NCBI GenBank assembly: GCA_030704615.1
Contig: CM060732.1
Span: forward strand, 39,804,001 to 39,868,000
From: Takakia lepidozioides
Taxonomy: Eukaryota > Plantae > Bryophyta
DNA length: 64,000 nt
Reading direction: 5' to 3'
Position 1 is the first letter of the stretch. Every line of letters starts with the position of its first letter. The notes under the pieces were generated by a model. The model was not told where the DNA came from. It ran no database searches and worked only from the letters and a program-made list of their open reading frames with translations. Below are positions 38,011 to 51,143 of this stretch, piece by piece. Made by a program: the position numbers and the translations under genes.

Positions 38011-40189
38011 ACCAACAGACTTACCGAATAGCGTTGATTTCTGCTTCGGCATCGTTCACAATGAAGGCATTGGGTCGCCAGCTCGGCAAATCTACGAGGA
38101 GTGAATCGCGCAAGGCTCTCATCCACGGAACCAGGTCTCTTGTCCGATTCCTCGCGGATAGGATATAGGCAACTGGTATACCGTTCAACCACTCGTCGAA
38201 GACCATCAACGTGTACAATGGGAACTGTTGGAATGCACAATGTAAGATGGTCAGAGCATGCAAATTCCGCTCAGTTCTGCACGAGAAGACTTCATAAGAG
38301 TGATGAGGTCTGCAGCGGTTCACAATGGGTCTGCCTCTCGGTCTTCCGCAACGTACACAACCCTAAACATACAGAAAGGGTCAGCATACCAAATATTATG
38401 TGAATGTTGCATGGTACTATGCTATCATGCTCGTACAAATCCATGGAATCGTTCGAATAGTACATTGTCATGATTTGTCCCAAAGGTTGCATCACATGCA
38501 ACGATACGGTCATGTCCTAGTTCTAGCATTCGTCGTTTTTGCCACGGAGTCTGTATGCCAATAGTGAATATCAAATCTCCATCAAAATGCTCGAATGTTG
38601 GCTCTAATTTCTCCTATTGATAGAAAAAAACGGACGCAGGATTCTGGTCTCTCCACATGCGCACACTCTCTGCATCATCGGCGTGCTTTTTGAAGGTTTG
38701 CCACGCACGTTTTTCGGCAAGGTTGCGAACATCTTGCTCCAACAAGAAATCATCGCGGGTCCATGCATCGCCCAAGCCGGTGTTGTTCATCACGTGCTCT
38801 TTATGCTCCATCATGATTTGGGCGACCGACAGGCCTCGGCACAAACACTCGACGACCCAGGCTGTCAATTCCTCGCTAATGTGTGGTGCATAGGCGTGGC
38901 GGGTGTTCCTGAACTCTGCGGACTTCCCATGCGAGGGTTTCCCTTGCGCATCTGTATGCTTCATGTTGTTGTAGTACATGAGGACACAGATGTCAGGGGC
39001 GAGATAGCATTGCTGGACCTTGAAACAACATTGGCAACCACGTTTGTAGGACTCTCCATACTCCGACTTCTTTCTCCTTGGGCCTTTATGAGGGCAAGAT
39101 GTTCCAGCACCCACAATAGGTCCTCCACACTTCTGTTTTGGATCCTCCACTATTGCCTTGTTGGTGCGCTTGTCATCAGGACCGTAGCAGCATTGATACC
39201 TAGACAGAAAATTCTAAAATCGATATCCAACGACTTGAGGAAGCATAAAATCAGAGAACTCGTGAAACAAAAAATGGCAACAGACATGCAATGAAACGTC
39301 AAAAGGACTGAGGATGGTGCACACATAATACTTGACATAAATGTGTTGGCTCTGGGTGCTTTTCGCGAGCCGGGTTCCACTTTAGAATGGACATTCACCC
39401 AAAACTGAGTGGGATAGTCCTCCAAACTCTCCTCTCCCAGGATGAAGTCACCAACTCTATCCCAAGGTATGCAGGCCTTTTCAACATTCACTCGCACACC
39501 CATAAACCCATATTGCGTCTCACTCTTCCAATGGAGAACCTTCCTGTTGAAGGGTCCTGGTTTTGCTGTTTGCAAACATTGTCGAAGAGGCCGTATAAGC
39601 GGGCTTTCCGTGATCAGTATATCATCGGGTTTTTTTTCCACGTCCATGCCCTATACAGTACAAAGGACACGCTTCTGAACATGCAAGAAACGCGCCGCAG
39701 TACAAGACACGATCGACAATGTGCCAGGAGAACAGTGCGCACGTTCGCGGCTGCTGGCAAGTGGCAGGCGGAAGACATGCAGGTTTGAATTGCAGCCCTA
39801 AAAGTAGAGGGCTCGGATGGGTTATGGGAATGGACGGTGGCGATCCTGCGCCGTCATCGGACTGGATGGCAGGGGACTGGCCAGCGGACTGGCAGACTGC
39901 TGGGCAGCCGATTGGCCAGCAGCGGACTGGCGGACTGGAGGGCAGCGGACTCATGGGCGGGGGACTGGCCGCGCGGCGGACGGGGGCGCGGGCGCGGTTG
40001 CGGTGCAGCCGCGCCCGCGGCTGGGCGACCGCGCGCAACGGCGGGCGTGGCGGGCGGGGTGCTGGGAGCCGGGCGTCCGTGTGCGGGGCCCACCGGCCAC
40101 ATTGCACGTGCCCATTGAAGACCCTATTATCTTAAAATGAGAGGCGGATGTGTTAGACCAGATTATAAAAAAATATAAAAAAATATTGC

Positions 40190-40930
40190 ACTTGCTATTA
40201 TTTATGTGTATCCCATGAGTTCAAGAAGATTATGAGTAACATATGCATAGGATGGATGCATAGGAATTGTGATAAAGAACAATTGGATCTAATAACATGT
40301 GTGCACGTATACTCTATAGTTTTCTAGTTTGTTCGTAATACTTGGAATTTTTGTATTGACAGATATGCAATGAAATATTTTTAACTAAACAAAATTACAA
40401 ATATGTGACAGATCCAATTAAAGTCTATTCTATAACAGCCTTCTTAAATGCATATAAAATATCACAATACCCTGTTCATTCTTATTCTAAAATTTAAAAT
40501 TTATTTTAAAATACAGATAAGAATTCATAATTTAATATTCACTCATACATGCACTTGCTATTATTATATAGATCATTTATGTGTATCCCATGAATTCAAG
40601 AAGATTATGAGTAACCTATGCATAGGATGGATGCATAGGAATTGTGATAAAGAACATTTGGATCTAATAACATGTGTGGACGTATACTCTATAGTTTTCT
40701 AGTTTGTTCTTAATACTTGGAATTTTTGTATTGACAGATATGCAATGAAATATTTTGTGTATTAAAAATAATTACAAATATGTGACAGATCGAATTAAAA
40801 TCTATCCTATAACAGCCTTTTTAAATGCATATCAAATATCACAATTCCCTGTTCATTCTTACATGTATCTTTTATTATTATATTGATCATTTATGTGTAC
40901 AAATTTTTTCATTGTCGTGCAATAAGTTGT
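40190..40930 (+). repeat. AT-rich tandem array, ~375-bp unit, related to 14800-15140 and 50930-51140
   Basis: TTTATGTGTATCCCATGA recurs at 40201 and 40576. The unit shares GATCTAATA..GTGGACGTATA.TCTATAGT.TTCTAG with 14838-14876. Confidence 0.8.
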
Positions 40931-41164
40931 TTTAAATATAAAAAAATCACATGGATTTGGGAGATCAAATTGAAAAAATGAATAACAAATATGCATATTA
41001 AAATGATATTTGTTATTCATTTTTTCAATTTGATCTCCCAAATCCATGTGATTTTTTATATTTAAAACAACTTATTGCACGACAATGAAAAAATTTGTAC
41101 ACATAAATGATCAATATAATAATAAAAGATACATGTAAGAATGAACAGGGAATTGTGATATTTG
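40833..41164. repeat. Near-perfect inverted repeat (160/159-bp arms, 13-bp spacer)
   Basis: 40833-40992 is the reverse complement of 41006-41164 apart from one indel in an A/T run. Confidence 0.95.
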
Positions 41165-42957
41165 CATATTCAATATTCAATCTAACAGGCACCTCCTATT
41201 ATTATATAAATCATTTATGTGCACTAAGTGACCTATACAACTGAGTGTTCTGAGTGTTCTGAGTGACCTATACATAGGCTGCACGATTTAGAGATGATGT
41301 ATAGATATATAGTCATGGCATTTCTGTACTTTAATACTTATAAATGTTTGAAATATTGTGTTCATAAAACTTAGAATGTTCTCATATAGCATCATTTATA
41401 AATAGGTATAAGATTTAATAATTTAATTTTTATTTCTACAATGTACATGACACATGTACCCCCCAATATTATGTAGGTCATTTATAACAAGTATATCATA
41501 TAACCAAGATGAAGTACTTATACAATCATAAAATATATATATATGTATACATATTGCAAATGACAACATGTCACTTGTCAAATATTGTGTGCTTTTTCTT
41601 CATGGAGTTATTGTCTCCTCCACTAGACTACACAAAGTAATGCCCACCCACCTAAATCCCAAAAACAATGTTTCTTTGCACATAGAAGTACTAAAACCCA
41701 AAAGTAAATGAATGGGCGGGGTCTACCTATATCAGATGGCTAGGAATGACGTACAGTTCAATTTAAAAACTCTTCTTCAATTAGTGTTACATTATGGCCC
41801 TGTTTAGGTTAATTTTTTCCTCTATCTTTTTAATTTGAGTAACTCGACCTTTGTCCCGTTTGGATGGAGTTGCATCCGATTGATGCATCTTGAGTTCTCG
41901 TGTTGTCTGGACATGTCGCCGCTCTCTAGCACTTATGGAAAAGCTGTTGTAAGCGTGTCCAATCCCATAAAAGATCCACCGACCACAATAGCTTTGCACA
42001 TGATTTTTGTTTATATGTTTGTTAAAGGAGATAAAACGAGGGATATGTGTTTTGAATCTATTAGATTAGATATTTGAAAAGAGACAATCAATTCTTCTTC
42101 ATGATTTCAACTCCTCGTGGGACCGGTGCAACATCCTTTGCATGTGACATTCTGATTCACACGCAGCTTGGTCCTCCAACTTTCTGGACGGCTAGAGGCT
42201 CTCATATTAATTTGTGGAATTCTTCTACACACCCGGCGACAAAATTAGGCATCGTACAAATATGAACTGAAAACCACGCTGCAACGTGGCGGGTGGTAGT
42301 GAAAATGCATTTGAATTTTGAGCCATTACATAGGAAACACTTGATGTCTGTCACCTAATCCATTACAATGAATTATTGAGGTTAATAATTCTTTGTCAAG
42401 AAAATAATTAAAAATATTTATGAATTCATTTCTTATGTATATAAAATATTATATAGCATCATTCATAAATACATACAAGACTTAACAAATTCAATTTACA
42501 TAACGGCACCCAGTTCAACGTGGACAGGGAACTGGAATTTAAAGAAATTAAATAGAAGGGAGCATAACATGGTACATTGGTTGCACTCTTTGAACTGGAA
42601 ATTAACTGCGAAATCAGACCACACATGAGCCTATATACAGAAGATATTACGGTTTATTGTTATGGTGTTGTGCAGATTGAAGGGTTGATCTGGAGCTTGA
42701 TGATAGGTGAAGAACCTACCTTGAATTCGAGGAAAAAACAACAGCTGTTAGTCCAAGAATCCGGAAGATGGCTAGGTTTGAAGAACCTGTCCCTATATTT
42801 CTACTTCACATCCCGGAGCATACTGGTATAGCCCTCACCAGCAGTAGTGTGGTCAAACAGCAGTTTCAAAACTCATTGCTTTTCTGTTGATGAATCATGC
42901 ATTTTGCTCTAAAGCCTGTGTGTACAGAAAGAGACAAAAAATGCACGATTCATCAAA

Positions 42958-43070
42958 GTGATAGTAGTGTGCGCGGCCACCAGTCTTGCAAATTACAACC
43001 TTTTTGTACTATTTGATTCACAAAACTCCATTGGTTACCTGCCGACAAACTGCTCCATTCCAGGGAACTT
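42958..43070 (+). pseudogene. Fragment resembling the C-terminus of a pepsin-like (A1) aspartic protease
   Basis: NYNLFVLFDSQNSIGYLPTNC resembles the QN..V.FD.....IGF....C terminal motif. Confidence 0.35.
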
Positions 43071-46000
43071 CTACCAGCACCGTGCTCGGGATGCCCCAAT
43101 CCGTGAAACTCCCTTCCTCGATGCCTTTGTAGAAGCGCAATGCACATGGTCGGCTGATATAAGTAGCTTCTCCCCAATGGCTTCAGAAAAGACCACCAGA
43201 TCAAGGACCCAACGCTGATTCATGGCATCTCTGCCACTAATTGAAGGCATTTCTATTGTTCGGGTCCGTGCTCAAAAAATAATGCAGTATAAACAACAAA
43301 TGACACACGATGATGGAGGACCCACCACTGAATGAAGGCATCTTTGCAGTTGGCCAGGTCTCTTCTCCAAAAAACATGCAGTTTAAAAACAAATGGCACA
43401 CGATGATAGAGGTGCTTTGGATGATTCATGATGTCGGTTGATGGATGATGGATGGATGGATGGATGGTCCATGGATGATCTCAGGTGATCATCATGATGT
43501 CGGTGCGTTGTATGATGCACATGCGCTGGATGAAAAATGTTGACAGTTAGGGCTTTTACAATGTACATGTACCCCCCAATTATATGTAGGTCATTTATAA
43601 GTATATCATATAACCAATAAGACCTTATATATAACCTCAGATAGCATAGGTTGTCAGAGTTGTAGACGTTGTATACAGGTATCATTAATATACAATAGAC
43701 AATGGTAGCAATCATCGGCACCCTTGTTGCTTTGCCCATTCAAATTGGTCGGATCACGTACCTAGCATCTTGGAGGTATGCCTGGCATGTTAGTTTTTCT
43801 CCTATGGATGATATATCTCACCTTGCTTGATCCATACATTCTTGTGTTTGAGGCATCTACATATTGAGCTACAAAGAAGTCATGATATCGACCATTCTTT
43901 ATAATCATTGCCTTCTTGACTGTCACTATTGGCAGAGGAATCATGACAGTCTGTTGGTATGTTGAGATTAGTGATGGTGATTACAATAGTATCACATTTG
44001 CAGCTCCTTTCTCAAGAAATATTACAATTTGAACTAATGTGACGGTCACACTTTCTGCAATTAAATATACCTCTTACGCTCTGGAGCAGGAAGAATGAAT
44101 CCCAACCTCACCAATAGGAGATTGCAGTCACAACTATGGCAGTTTAATAGAAAAAATCTTACACAATTAGGACGGATTGTATCATGTGGGATCAATGGCC
44201 ATAAGGCTACTGCATGTACTAATGTGTGAAGAATTTCATCTACAAAGTGACTTCACCAGATAGTAACCTGTTAAGCGGTAAATCACTGATGGCACACAGG
44301 AAAGAAGGAAGATGACGTGCTGGATGGCATGATAAAGGATGGTCTGCATTAGTTTGGCATGAGAGTCTGTTCTGATTGTTGGATTTTGTAGTAGTTATCC
44401 ATGGAAATTTTTCTCCAATCTGTTTCTGGCAAAGCAGACAAATGGAAGGGGAAATTCAGGGCAAATAATGAGGAGATGGGTTTCCGAGAAATGTAACATT
44501 GTAGAGTAGGGGCATCTTTGGAATAGGATGACAATGAGCTCAAGGCAATGCATGCAGGCCGTATGGAGGCTCCTTTAATGGAAGAAAGCTGATTGATTCA
44601 CAGTATCTTATAGTTGTTGGAAGCATCTCATTCAATAATTGTCTGAGACTGTCTTGCAAAATTCTACAATCCTAGTCATTGTGAAGGTATCTATGGATTT
44701 ACTTGCAGTTTTTCCGAGATGCAGGTGCCTTGATGGGTGGTTGGTTGTTTTGTTTAGTGTTGGTATAGACTTGACGGTTGTTTTCATAGACTCTATGAAA
44801 ACCATGGGGAGAAAAGGAAATCATTTTTTAATGTTCGCCCACGAGTATGTAGGGAATGTTGATTATTCCAAACTAGTAAACGGAGCAAGTCTTTACACTG
44901 AATAGAAGTGCATTGGAGCCTTTTGGAAAAGTCGGATTGTATTATGTCATATTTTTCTTACAGGTAGAATAAGATATTCATCATGCCCAGTGGAAGGTGG
45001 AAGTTGGGTCTGTGGCCTAGAGAAAGTTTCAAATGAGATTTCGCGTCTAAATAAGACTAAGAGGGACAGATCGGGGTTTTCAATTTGCAGACCTTGAATC
45101 GTATCCGTTATGCATCGTCATCTTAGCACCATTCAGCCCCTCGTAAGTTGGCACATGTATGCTTTGCGAAATGTTCTTTAGTGCACATCACTGTTGCATT
45201 TGTAGTTGAAAAATATTGTTGTCTGCCTGAATGTGGTGCTCTGGTACTAAACGATGTGTAGACAAAAAATGCGAGATATCAACACACAACAATCTCTCAA
45301 GTGCCTCCAACTTGAACTTGGGGATCCAGTCGTGACTAGTGTATTTGAGTGATTTGGCAGGTTTGAAGTGAAACGAGTAGTTTCACTCTATCATGGGCTC
45401 GTGAAGTTTATACAAGGATCGCCAATGCGGCAATCAGATGTAGAGAGGGTGTCTGCAGCCCGAGCCACGGCCTTCTTCTTGCTTTCCAACCAAGAAACTG
45501 ATGTACTATGTTTGCATGTGTTCATTGAAAAACATTCTCTGCTCCCCAGGGTTCCAGTATTCATCTGTCAGAGCGGATCCCATGAAGTATTGTTTGTCAA
45601 CAGATATGGATTTTCCACATGACCTTTGGTTGATGTCACTAAGGCATTCTCAAGCTTCTTGCATTACATGTCAAGGTCTGTAGAACAAACAGACCTAAAG
45701 CAGGGTCATGGAGGGTCTAAGAAAGTCCTAGAAAACGATGACACTGCCAGAATATTGGAAGATGTTGCAGGACCCAAAGGTGGAGGATGCAGCTCAAATA
45801 TTGAAAGCATTGGCTATGCATCGTGGGGACCGGGTGCGCATCATAAAGTTGGGATGTCTGTTTGATAGATGTTTAATACATCAAACGCTTATACGTTGAT
45901 ACTCTTACAGTGGTATTATATTTGATGTAGGTACATAGCCATATTGGCACATTTTTATCACTTAGTACTTTGACATATGTGCCAACTTCAATATGATTTT

Positions 46001-46412
46001 GTAGGTCAATCATTTTTTTTCTTATTGTTTTTTCTTTTTAGTTTCAAAACAAACACCAGCCCAAGCAATTGGCCCTTGAGGTGGGGAAAAAAAACCCCTT
46101 TCTTCGCCATGGAGGCATGATAGGGGTAGAGCCCAAGCCCAAAGGTAAGAGAGACAGATGACATGCTGATACACGAGTGCCCCTCTTAGCCCAGCTGGGG
46201 GCCTTCAAACCCTCAGTTGAACCACCGTTCGACCCCATTCACGTCGATCATGCACACCATTTTTGGATGATCTACCCGGTACCTGACCCTCCATCACCTC
46301 GTCCAATCCGCAACCTCCTTAAAACCCTCACTAAAGAAGCCAAAAAACAAGCCTCAACCTCTCTCAACCATACCAAGCTTCATATCCAAAAATGGACCCC
46401 TTCCAATGTCCT

Positions 46413-49400
46413 TATCAAGTTATTTTACCACTGGTGTGAAGTTAGCTAGGAAATAGCTAGCTTTTATATATTGACATTTGGGATTGACCCAAGTGTCAAT
46501 CCAGGGGCCAATACATGTTTGGGCACCTGGCGTTGTTATCTTCTCGACAGATCGCGGTGGGCTCATCTTTCTCGAATTGAGCCTCACCGCGTCTAGCTAT
46601 GGCGCCGTAGTGTGGATTCCCCATGGCGTGGGGTGCACTTGGCTCGATTTAATATATGAGTGATATTTTCATGTGCGAGTATGTGAGTTTGAGAGAGCTT
46701 GTATGCTTGTATTATTCCTTTCCTTATCACTCGAGAAAGATCAGCTCGAGTCTGTAAGTGCCAGGTTCGAGTTAGTTGTAGCACTTGTGTTTTCAGATCA
46801 TGACAAGCGGTTCAGCCTAGAGTGCAGGGAGCCGTGCATGAGCCTATCCAAAGCGGATAGAGTGCAAAGGCGAACAGGTTGCAGGTTTGCTATGGATAGA
46901 GAGGCGGGTAGCCTATGTTGAAGAGCGGCGTTGCATAGCTCAACGCTATGGCAACCAAGTTTGGGCTTCTAGTATGAAGCGGAGGAGATGCTGGCCACGA
47001 GTGGGCGAACTGGTGGTCGTCTTCTTCAGCTGCAGGCCGAGTTAAGGAGCTGCTGAAATGTGGGTTGCGCATGAGAAGTTAGTATGTTGCAGGTTGGAGA
47101 TGATATGATCAGCTCCAGGTATCTGCCTGAAACGAGTTGTTGCGGGTAGATGAGGAGCAGCCGAATGGCGGAGCTGCGAGGGGATGCATCGTAGCCTGTT
47201 GGGAGCTGCAGCTCCAAGCTCATGAAGAGGTATGAGTGAAGAGAGGGGGCTGGTCCCTCTTGTGTGCAAATAAGTGCAATTGTGAAGTATGTGCTTGAGT
47301 TGGAAGTTTCAATCTGAAACTCTAGCACGGTGAGGGCTCTTGGAGTGGCAAGAGCGGGGCTGGAAGGGCAGCAATGAGGCGTCCTAGAGCCAGGGAATGT
47401 GCAGTAGAACTGCAGGTACACCAAGTTTATAAAGGTGTGTATTTTCAGATTCACTTTTGTGAGTTTCGTGGAGAAATGGAGCTTGTTGGGCAGCATATAG
47501 CTTGCTTGTTGAGTTGAGGGCACTTCTAGTGGGCCGTGAGAGCTCAAGAGTGCAGGACGACGGGGCTGATGGCTCCGCAGAAGCCCTAGCTCAGCGGCAA
47601 CAGGTGCAGGAGCAAACCCCAACTCGGGAACGCGTGGGAACGCCTCGGGAACGCATGGGAACTCGTTGGGAGTTCCAGGGATCGTAGGGAATAGTGGTCG
47701 TGATGGGCTGTTGGGGCGGTATTACGAGATACCACGAGCCCAGGTCATGATGGTTGACCGTGAACCGTTGGAAGTCGTGGTGCGGATACAACGGGTGGGC
47801 ACGGTGACCAGATCGTGGGGATGGCGGGCCGTGAAGGCTCGTGGGAGTGGTACCACGGGGTATCACTGGGCAGCCCATGGCCAACGAGTGCCTAGGGCGG
47901 GCGGAGTCGTGGCGGTTGGAGCCACGGAAGGCCGCAATCAGTTAGAGTGAAAAAAATAAAATAAAAATAAATAAATAAATAATCTTTTTTCACTCGTTTC
48001 GTGGGACCTTGATGGGGAGGCTGGGCTCTGAAGAATAGCGGTTTTGAGCTAGCTGATCCGGCAGAAAAGTCGGAATTGCCTCACTGTTGCGTTTTAACAA
48101 AGGGGATTACTTCCCTGCAGATAAACTTTTCGGGTTTTCAGCCCAATTCTTAACTATGGGGAAGACCAGCCTGCAGGTAATTCCTTTGGTCAGAATGTTG
48201 TTGGGGGCTATATGTACCTCTATTTGCTCCATTTTTGAACCTTCAGCGAATGGTGTGGTTTCCTGAGGTGGTTCCATTCGGAAGAATGGCTGGTGGACGT
48301 AAGGAGGCACTGGCGGACCCTGTGGAGGCTTGCATGGGGCCTTTAGAGGCCAAGTTTCATGAGCTCGTGGAGGGCGGTTTGAGGAGTGTCTATAGGATGC
48401 TCTCATGGTCATGCAAGTGAGAGAAGAGAGGAAAAAAGAGGGTGTTGGGATGAGAGCGTGCTTGGGATAGGCATTGCTTTAGCTTCTCTTCCTCGTAGCT
48501 TTCTACCTTTTCTGTAGGCCGAGACCTTTCTGTAGGAGGAGGCAAGAGTCAGTCCGGGTTTGGGTTGGGTTGCAGGAGCGACACTGTGGAGTTGTTTTTG
48601 GTGTGGGGGAGTTGTTGTTTTCATTCTTGTATTTGGATCCCCTCCACATCTGCATGCTTGATTGTGCGTCATGCTAGTTTTGTGTGGGCACTTGATTTTA
48701 TAGGTGGTGGACTCGGGCTTGATCGTCGATCCCACCCTAGAGCATGCTGTCGATGGTGAGGCGGGGGTGATGACCAGTCAGACCATCTTTGTTTCTCCTG
48801 TGGTGAGGTTGGTGACCAGCCAACCATAGGAGTACCTGCGGTGGATTCAGGTTAGAGACAGGTTCATGACCGGTTGAGTGCCAGTTTGTCAACACGGAGG
48901 TGCTACTAGTTGCTGGGGAAAGTGCCGGTACGAGCACTAGCGATACTAGCGGGTATATGAGACGAGGTGTGCGGTTTAGGCCACTTTCACCTCCTGTGTC
49001 TTCTACGGAAGGTTTTGATTCGGATTGTGAATCAGGAGGACTCACACCGGCGGTGCAAGTTGTTTCCTTGCCATTGTTGTGGGACACGATGGAGGAGATG
49101 TATGGAGCCACCAAGGGGCCACGAAGGTACTCTGGGGCGGTGGGCACCATTGAGTTGGATGATTTTATCCAAGAGTTTGATAGTTGGTGTGACTTGCAAC
49201 AAATGCGCAATCCACAATTGTTTACGCCTTTTATGGCATAGAAGGGGCTGTTTCAGCACCTTGAGAGGCCACCCATGGATGATTACCATGAGTTTAGGCG
49301 GGGGCACGATGTTGAGATCGAGGAGTGGAGGATGTACTGGTCACCCGACTATGTTTCCATCACTAGAGGCACTAGAGGCACAAGGGCAGCAGCCACACCG

Positions 49401-49503
49401 GTAGCAGCAGGTACAACAACAGCTACCACGAGCAGTAGTGGGACTAGTGGTACAGCAACTACGACGGCCACCCAAGCTACTGCTGCACCAGCACCAATGG
49501 CGG
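46413..49503 (+). mobile_element. 5' part of a Ty3/gypsy element: putative LTR (46413-~46729), long leader, gag N-terminus (~48900-49503)
   Basis: 46413-46790 is homologous to 51144-51530, which starts with TG. The gag-like peptide YGATKGPRRYSG...ELDDFIQEFDSWCD...WSPDY ends abruptly at MULE sequence at 49504. Confidence 0.65.
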
Positions 49504-50483
49504 TGGAACAAGAATTCGCGGACATACTTTGCATTGTAGGTGATGACAAATACCTAGAGGCACATGCCCGATCTGCTCTTCGTATGTGCAGAGGGCAGCT
49601 CGTTGATATCCTGGCAAAAAGTGCGGCTGGAATGTTGCACCCTGCGGCAATGAAGGCTATCCGTCCTCTGAACGACAACAACAACATGTCTATGAAAAGG
49701 AGACGAGATTTCGTGGAGGCCTGGAAAACCCGGCCTAGGGTTTTGCGGAGAACCAGCAAGAGTGTGTTTGCACCTGTACCTGCAGCACATATATACTCGA
49801 AAATTTGCAAGGTTTCAGGTCGTGTAGGTGTCACGAAGAAGACAATATAAGTCTGCAATGCCTCGAAAAGAGACAAGGTTTCAGGTCGTGTAGGTATCAC
49901 GAAGAAGACAATATAAGTCTGCAATTCCTCTGGTAACATTGTCCCTTTCTGAAATACAAGTCCGCAATGGACTCATGCACAGTCTCTTAACGGACTCCTC
50001 CAGTCTCCACAATCCCAGCACACTCCGGCACAAACTCCCATCAGACGGCTGCAGAGTCTCACAATGGACTCCTGCACAGTCTCCCAACGGACTCCTCCAG
50101 TCTCCCAACTGGCTCCCACACAGTCTCCCAAGCATAGTCTCCCAACGGACTTATGTACAGTCTCCCAACAGAGTCATAGTCAACAGACTGCGAATGCCAG
50201 TAAGCCAGTCTGCTGGTCAGTCTGCTGCCTACTCCAAAAGTCTGCTCACCACACTTCCACCTCATCCCTGCAACTCTTCCAGCAGACTGCTGGACAGACT
50301 AAGTCTCAAGCAGACTCATCCACAACAGCAGACTCAAAATGGACAGGCTCCAGTGGACTACCTCCCTAACGACTCATGCCAATCCAGCGTCCCAGCGGAC
50401 TCATGGACATGGTGCCTACCAGACTAGGTACCAGACCCACCAGTCCTAGCCTCGGCAGCGTACTGCTCGCACATTCAAGCTCA
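49504..50483 (+). mobile_element. Second MULE fragment (transposase C-terminus and 3' region), lacking the CACTA insertion
   Basis: Reverse-complement match to 36639-36494 joined directly to 24049-23276. Confidence 0.9.
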
Positions 50484-51143
50484 TGTTCAGCGAATATTCT
50501 CTAATAAATTCTTATATCCTTCAAATTTATGCTTAGATGCTTTCATCTTTGATTTGTCGGGCATTTGGTACACGAAGGAACACCGTATGACCACGTTCCT
50601 CGACAAATCAACTTAGTTGTTCACACCACTTGTTGACAACATGGGCGTCAACAACGTAGGTGGCGCCAAGAAGGTTCGTGGCACCACTAAGGCAGGCGGC
50701 GCCAACAAGGTTGGTGGCGCCACTAAGGCACGGGGCGCCAACAAGGTTAGTGGCGCCACTAAGGGAGGCGGCGCCAAGTTGTGGGCACAACTTAGTTCAG
50801 ATTGGCACAACCTAATTTCTAATAAATACATATATATACGTATACATATACGTAGAGGGTTTAGGGTCATTTGCATAATTCAAATATGATGAGACCTTGT
50901 CTTTAAGAATGTTGGACTATAACGTAATAATTTGATGATATTTAAAGAACAACTAGATCTAATATGTGGACGTATAATCTATAGTGTTCTAGTTTATTCG
51001 TATTACTTAGAATTTTTATATTATGAGATATGCAATAAAATATTGTGAATTAAAAAATCACAAAGGGGTAGAGATTGAATTAAAATATATCCTATAACAG
51101 CCTTATTAAATGCATATGAAATATCACAATTCACTGTTCACTC
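50484..51143 (+). repeat. Displaced inner part of the giant element's second TIR, with an expanded ~36-bp GGTGGCGCCACTAAGG tandem
   Basis: Collinear with 14470-15029. The repeat is present as one unit at 14630-14665 and 3-4 units at 50655-50780. Confidence 0.85.

Larger units (their letters stand above)
23846..39647 (-). pseudogene. MULE DDE transposase with SWIM zinc finger (At4g13970/At1g60560-like), split by the CACTA insertion
   Basis: Exons encode IPWDRVGDFILGE, YQCCYGPDD, KRGCQC, APHISEEL, FTIGIQTPWQ, CDATFGTN (D1), GIPVAYI, FIVNDAEAE (D2 region), CLWHV (CxxH), TNASIEAYH (E) and CTCPWAMKGNLCKH (SWIM). There is a premature TAG at 38614 and a frameshift near 37030. The C-terminus resumes at 24049. 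Confidence 0.88.
15148..40144 (-). mobile_element. Mutator-like element (MULE) with ~350-380 bp GC-rich TIRs; ~12.5 kb after removing the nested CACTA
   Basis: TIRs at 15148-15530 and 39794-40144 (CCTCTCATTTTAAGATAATAGGGTCTTCAATGGGCACGTG...). Encloses a SWIM-type MULE transposase and a Ulp1 gene. No clean 9-bp TSD was found. Confidence 0.85.

Noticed and set aside
43700-45900. Coding-like patches and short ORFs
   Set aside because: Too degraded to assign without a search.
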